The position numbers were made by a program, and so were the translations under genes. The notes below the pieces were generated by a model, which was not told the origin of the DNA, ran no database searches, and saw only the letters and a list, made by a program, of their open reading frames with translations. A stretch of 64,000 nucleotides of DNA from NCBI GenBank assembly GCA_963744915.1, contig CAVUUY010000011.1:46197-110196 (forward strand), in the 5' to 3' direction. Source of the DNA: an uncultured Alphaproteobacteria bacterium. GTDB taxonomy: Bacteria; Pseudomonadota; Alphaproteobacteria; Rhizobiales; Aestuariivirgaceae. Of this stretch, positions 62,700-64,000 are shown in pieces (position 1 is the stretch's first letter; the number at the start of each line of letters is the position of its first letter).

Positions 62700-63554
62700 A
62701 TGAAATCGATCATCGTCCCGGTTGAACGCACCCCGCAGCTGCAGGCCCAGCTCGAAACCGCAATTTTGCTGGCGCGAAGGTCGGGCGGGCATATTGCCGG
62801 GGTGGCGCCGCGGTCGGATTTCCGCAGCGTGATCATCGGTGCCGGCGGCATCGGTGCGGTCGCCCCGATCCCGTTCGAGGATTTCGACGAGCAGGACCGG
62901 GCGCGGGCGGAGGACATTCATGCAACCTTCGTCCGGGCGATGGGCGCCGCCGGCATACCGCTGCAGGACCGCCCGGTGCCGACCAACGCGGTGGCGGCCA
63001 GCTGGATCGAGCGGATCGAGCCGGGCGATCTGGCGGTCGGACGCGCGGCGCGGCTGTTCGAGGTATCGGTGCTGGCGCGGCCGGGAAACGGCGACCAGGC
63101 GCCGCGGCGCGAGCTGCTCGAGACGGTGCTGTTCGAATCCGGGCGGCCGCTGATCATGTCGCCGCCGGTCGCACCGTCACGCATCGGCAGCAATATCGTC
63201 ATCGCCTGGAACGGCAGCACCGAGACGGCGCGGGCGATCAGCTTCGCCATGCCGCTGCTGAAGACCGCCGACCGGGTGCTGGTGGTCACCGTCGAGGGCG
63301 GGATGGTCGAGGGGCCGAGCGGTGCCGAGCTCAGGAGCGCGCTGCTGCTGGCCGGGATCACCGCCGAATCGCGCCATTCGGAAGCCGGCAATCAGGCGAC
63401 CGGCAAGGTCATCCTCGACCTGTGCCAGCGCGAGGGCGCCGATCTCCTGATCAAGGGCGCCTACACCAACAGCCGGCTCAGGCAGCTGATCTTCGGTGGC
63501 GCCACCGACCATATCCTGGTCAGCGCCACTCTGCCGGTGTTCTTTGCCCACTGA
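62700..63554 (+). CDS. universal stress protein (tandem UspA domains)
   Basis: 284 aa. The two-USP-domain architecture ends in ADLLIKGAYTNSRLRQLIFGGATDHIL. Confidence 0.75.
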   Translation: MKSIIVPVERTPQLQAQLETAILLARRSGGHIAGVAPRSDFRSVIIGAGGIGAVAPIPFEDFDEQDRARAEDIHATFVRAMGAAGIPLQDRPVPTNAVAASWIERIEPGDLAVGRAARLFEVSVLARPGNGDQAPRRELLETVLFESGRPLIMSPPVAPSRIGSNIVIAWNGSTETARAISFAMPLLKTADRVLVVTVEGGMVEGPSGAELRSALLLAGITAESRHSEAGNQATGKVILDLCQREGADLLIKGAYTNSRLRQLIFGGATDHILVSATLPVFFAH

Positions 63555-64000
63555 ACGCGCCCGGCCGCCACGCGGCCGCCGGGCTTCCGGCGCGCCGGCG
63601 CTCGAACCTGCGCGGCGCGACCACGGCCGGCTCAGCCGGTCGGCCGCGCCGATCGCGATCCTTCCCGAAAGTCATATCGAGGCGATTTACGAGGCATCGC
63701 TGCGGCTCCTCGAGACGATCGGCATCGAGTTCATGGGCAAGGCGGCGCGCGACCTGCTGAAGAAGGCCGGAGCAGAGGTCGATGACGACACGGGCCTCGT
63801 GCGCATCGACCGCGAGATCGTCCGGCAAAGCCTGGCGGTTGCGCCACGGCGCTTTTCCCTGACGCCGCGCAATCCGGCGCGGCGCATCGATGTCGGGGAC
63901 GACCACCTCAATTTCAGCCTGGTCGCTGGCCCGCCCTTCGTCCATGACAGCGTGCAGGGGCGGCGCGGCGGCAACATGGCGGATTACGAGCGGCTGATTC
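63544..64000 (+). CDS. trimethylamine methyltransferase (MttB) family protein, 3'-partial
   Basis: The frame is open to the window end: ...ILPESHIEAIYEASLRLLETIGIEFMGKAARDLLKKAGAEVDDDTGLVRIDREIVRQSLAVAPRRFSLTPRNPARR...VAGPPFVHD...GRRGGNMADYERLI. This is the typical MttB-superfamily N-terminal region. No ATG or GTG is in frame. The only candidate start is TTG at 63544, which overlaps the USP 3' end, so the start is uncertain. Confidence 0.7.
   Translation, partial: MPTERARPPRGRRASGAPALEPARRDHGRLSRSAAPIAILPESHIEAIYEASLRLLETIGIEFMGKAARDLLKKAGAEVDDDTGLVRIDREIVRQSLAVAPRRFSLTPRNPARRIDVGDDHLNFSLVAGPPFVHDSVQGRRGGNMADYERLI

Overview
This 64-kb window looks like core chromosome from a high-GC alphaproteobacterium. 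The gene content and order resemble Hyphomicrobiales/Rhizobiales, but that is an inference I could not verify.

About 65 protein genes are recognisable, nearly all housekeeping:
- 1-6.1 kb: formate dehydrogenase alpha subunit plus a molybdenum-cofactor maturation cluster (MOSC, dodecin, fdhD, mobA, mobB, moeA).
- 6.1-14.1 kb: leuC, leuB, asd, purH and a CitE-like/MaoC pair.
- 14.2-21.3 kb: sdhCDAB, an orphan LivH-type permease, and LemA/TPM/TPM.
- 21.4-31 kb: a 1601-aa NAD-glutamate dehydrogenase, an FAD-oxidoreductase/pyridoxal-kinase/PLP-dehydratase operon, and fhs.
- 31-42.8 kb: phaR/phaA/phaB, gloB, chorismate mutase, hisC, tyrC, a chaC-like gene, ispA, mtgA and rpmF.
- 42.8-55 kb: nrdJ, rlmN, ialB, qor, ffh-rpsP-rimM-trmD-rplS, tal and priA.
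- 55-64 kb: atpHAGDC, pxpCBA, a tandem USP and the 5' end of an MttB-family methyltransferase.

I found no rRNA, tRNA, CRISPR array, IS element, integrase or prophage genes.

Three things are not ordinary:
1. A family of intergenic tandem heptanucleotide arrays occurs at seven loci. The units are CCTATTG/GGCAATA and GTGAGTA/TACTCAC with variants. Two loci form long nested inverted arrays between convergent genes, and the stop-rich strand usually faces the gene that ends there.
2. A 1.45-kb low-GC insertion between phaB and gloB carries a 407-aa ORF with no domain I can recognise. It is bracketed by such heptamers and is the best candidate for something undescribed.
3. Three conserved genes (a SAM-methyltransferase, nrdJ and atpH) are each broken by a single extra A in the identical 8-mer CGAACTCG. 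Removing it restores the frame and creates a GANTC (CcrM) site. This points to a motif-specific sequencing or assembly artefact rather than real pseudogenes.

Many very long antisense ORFs in the track are GC-shadow artefacts and were rejected.
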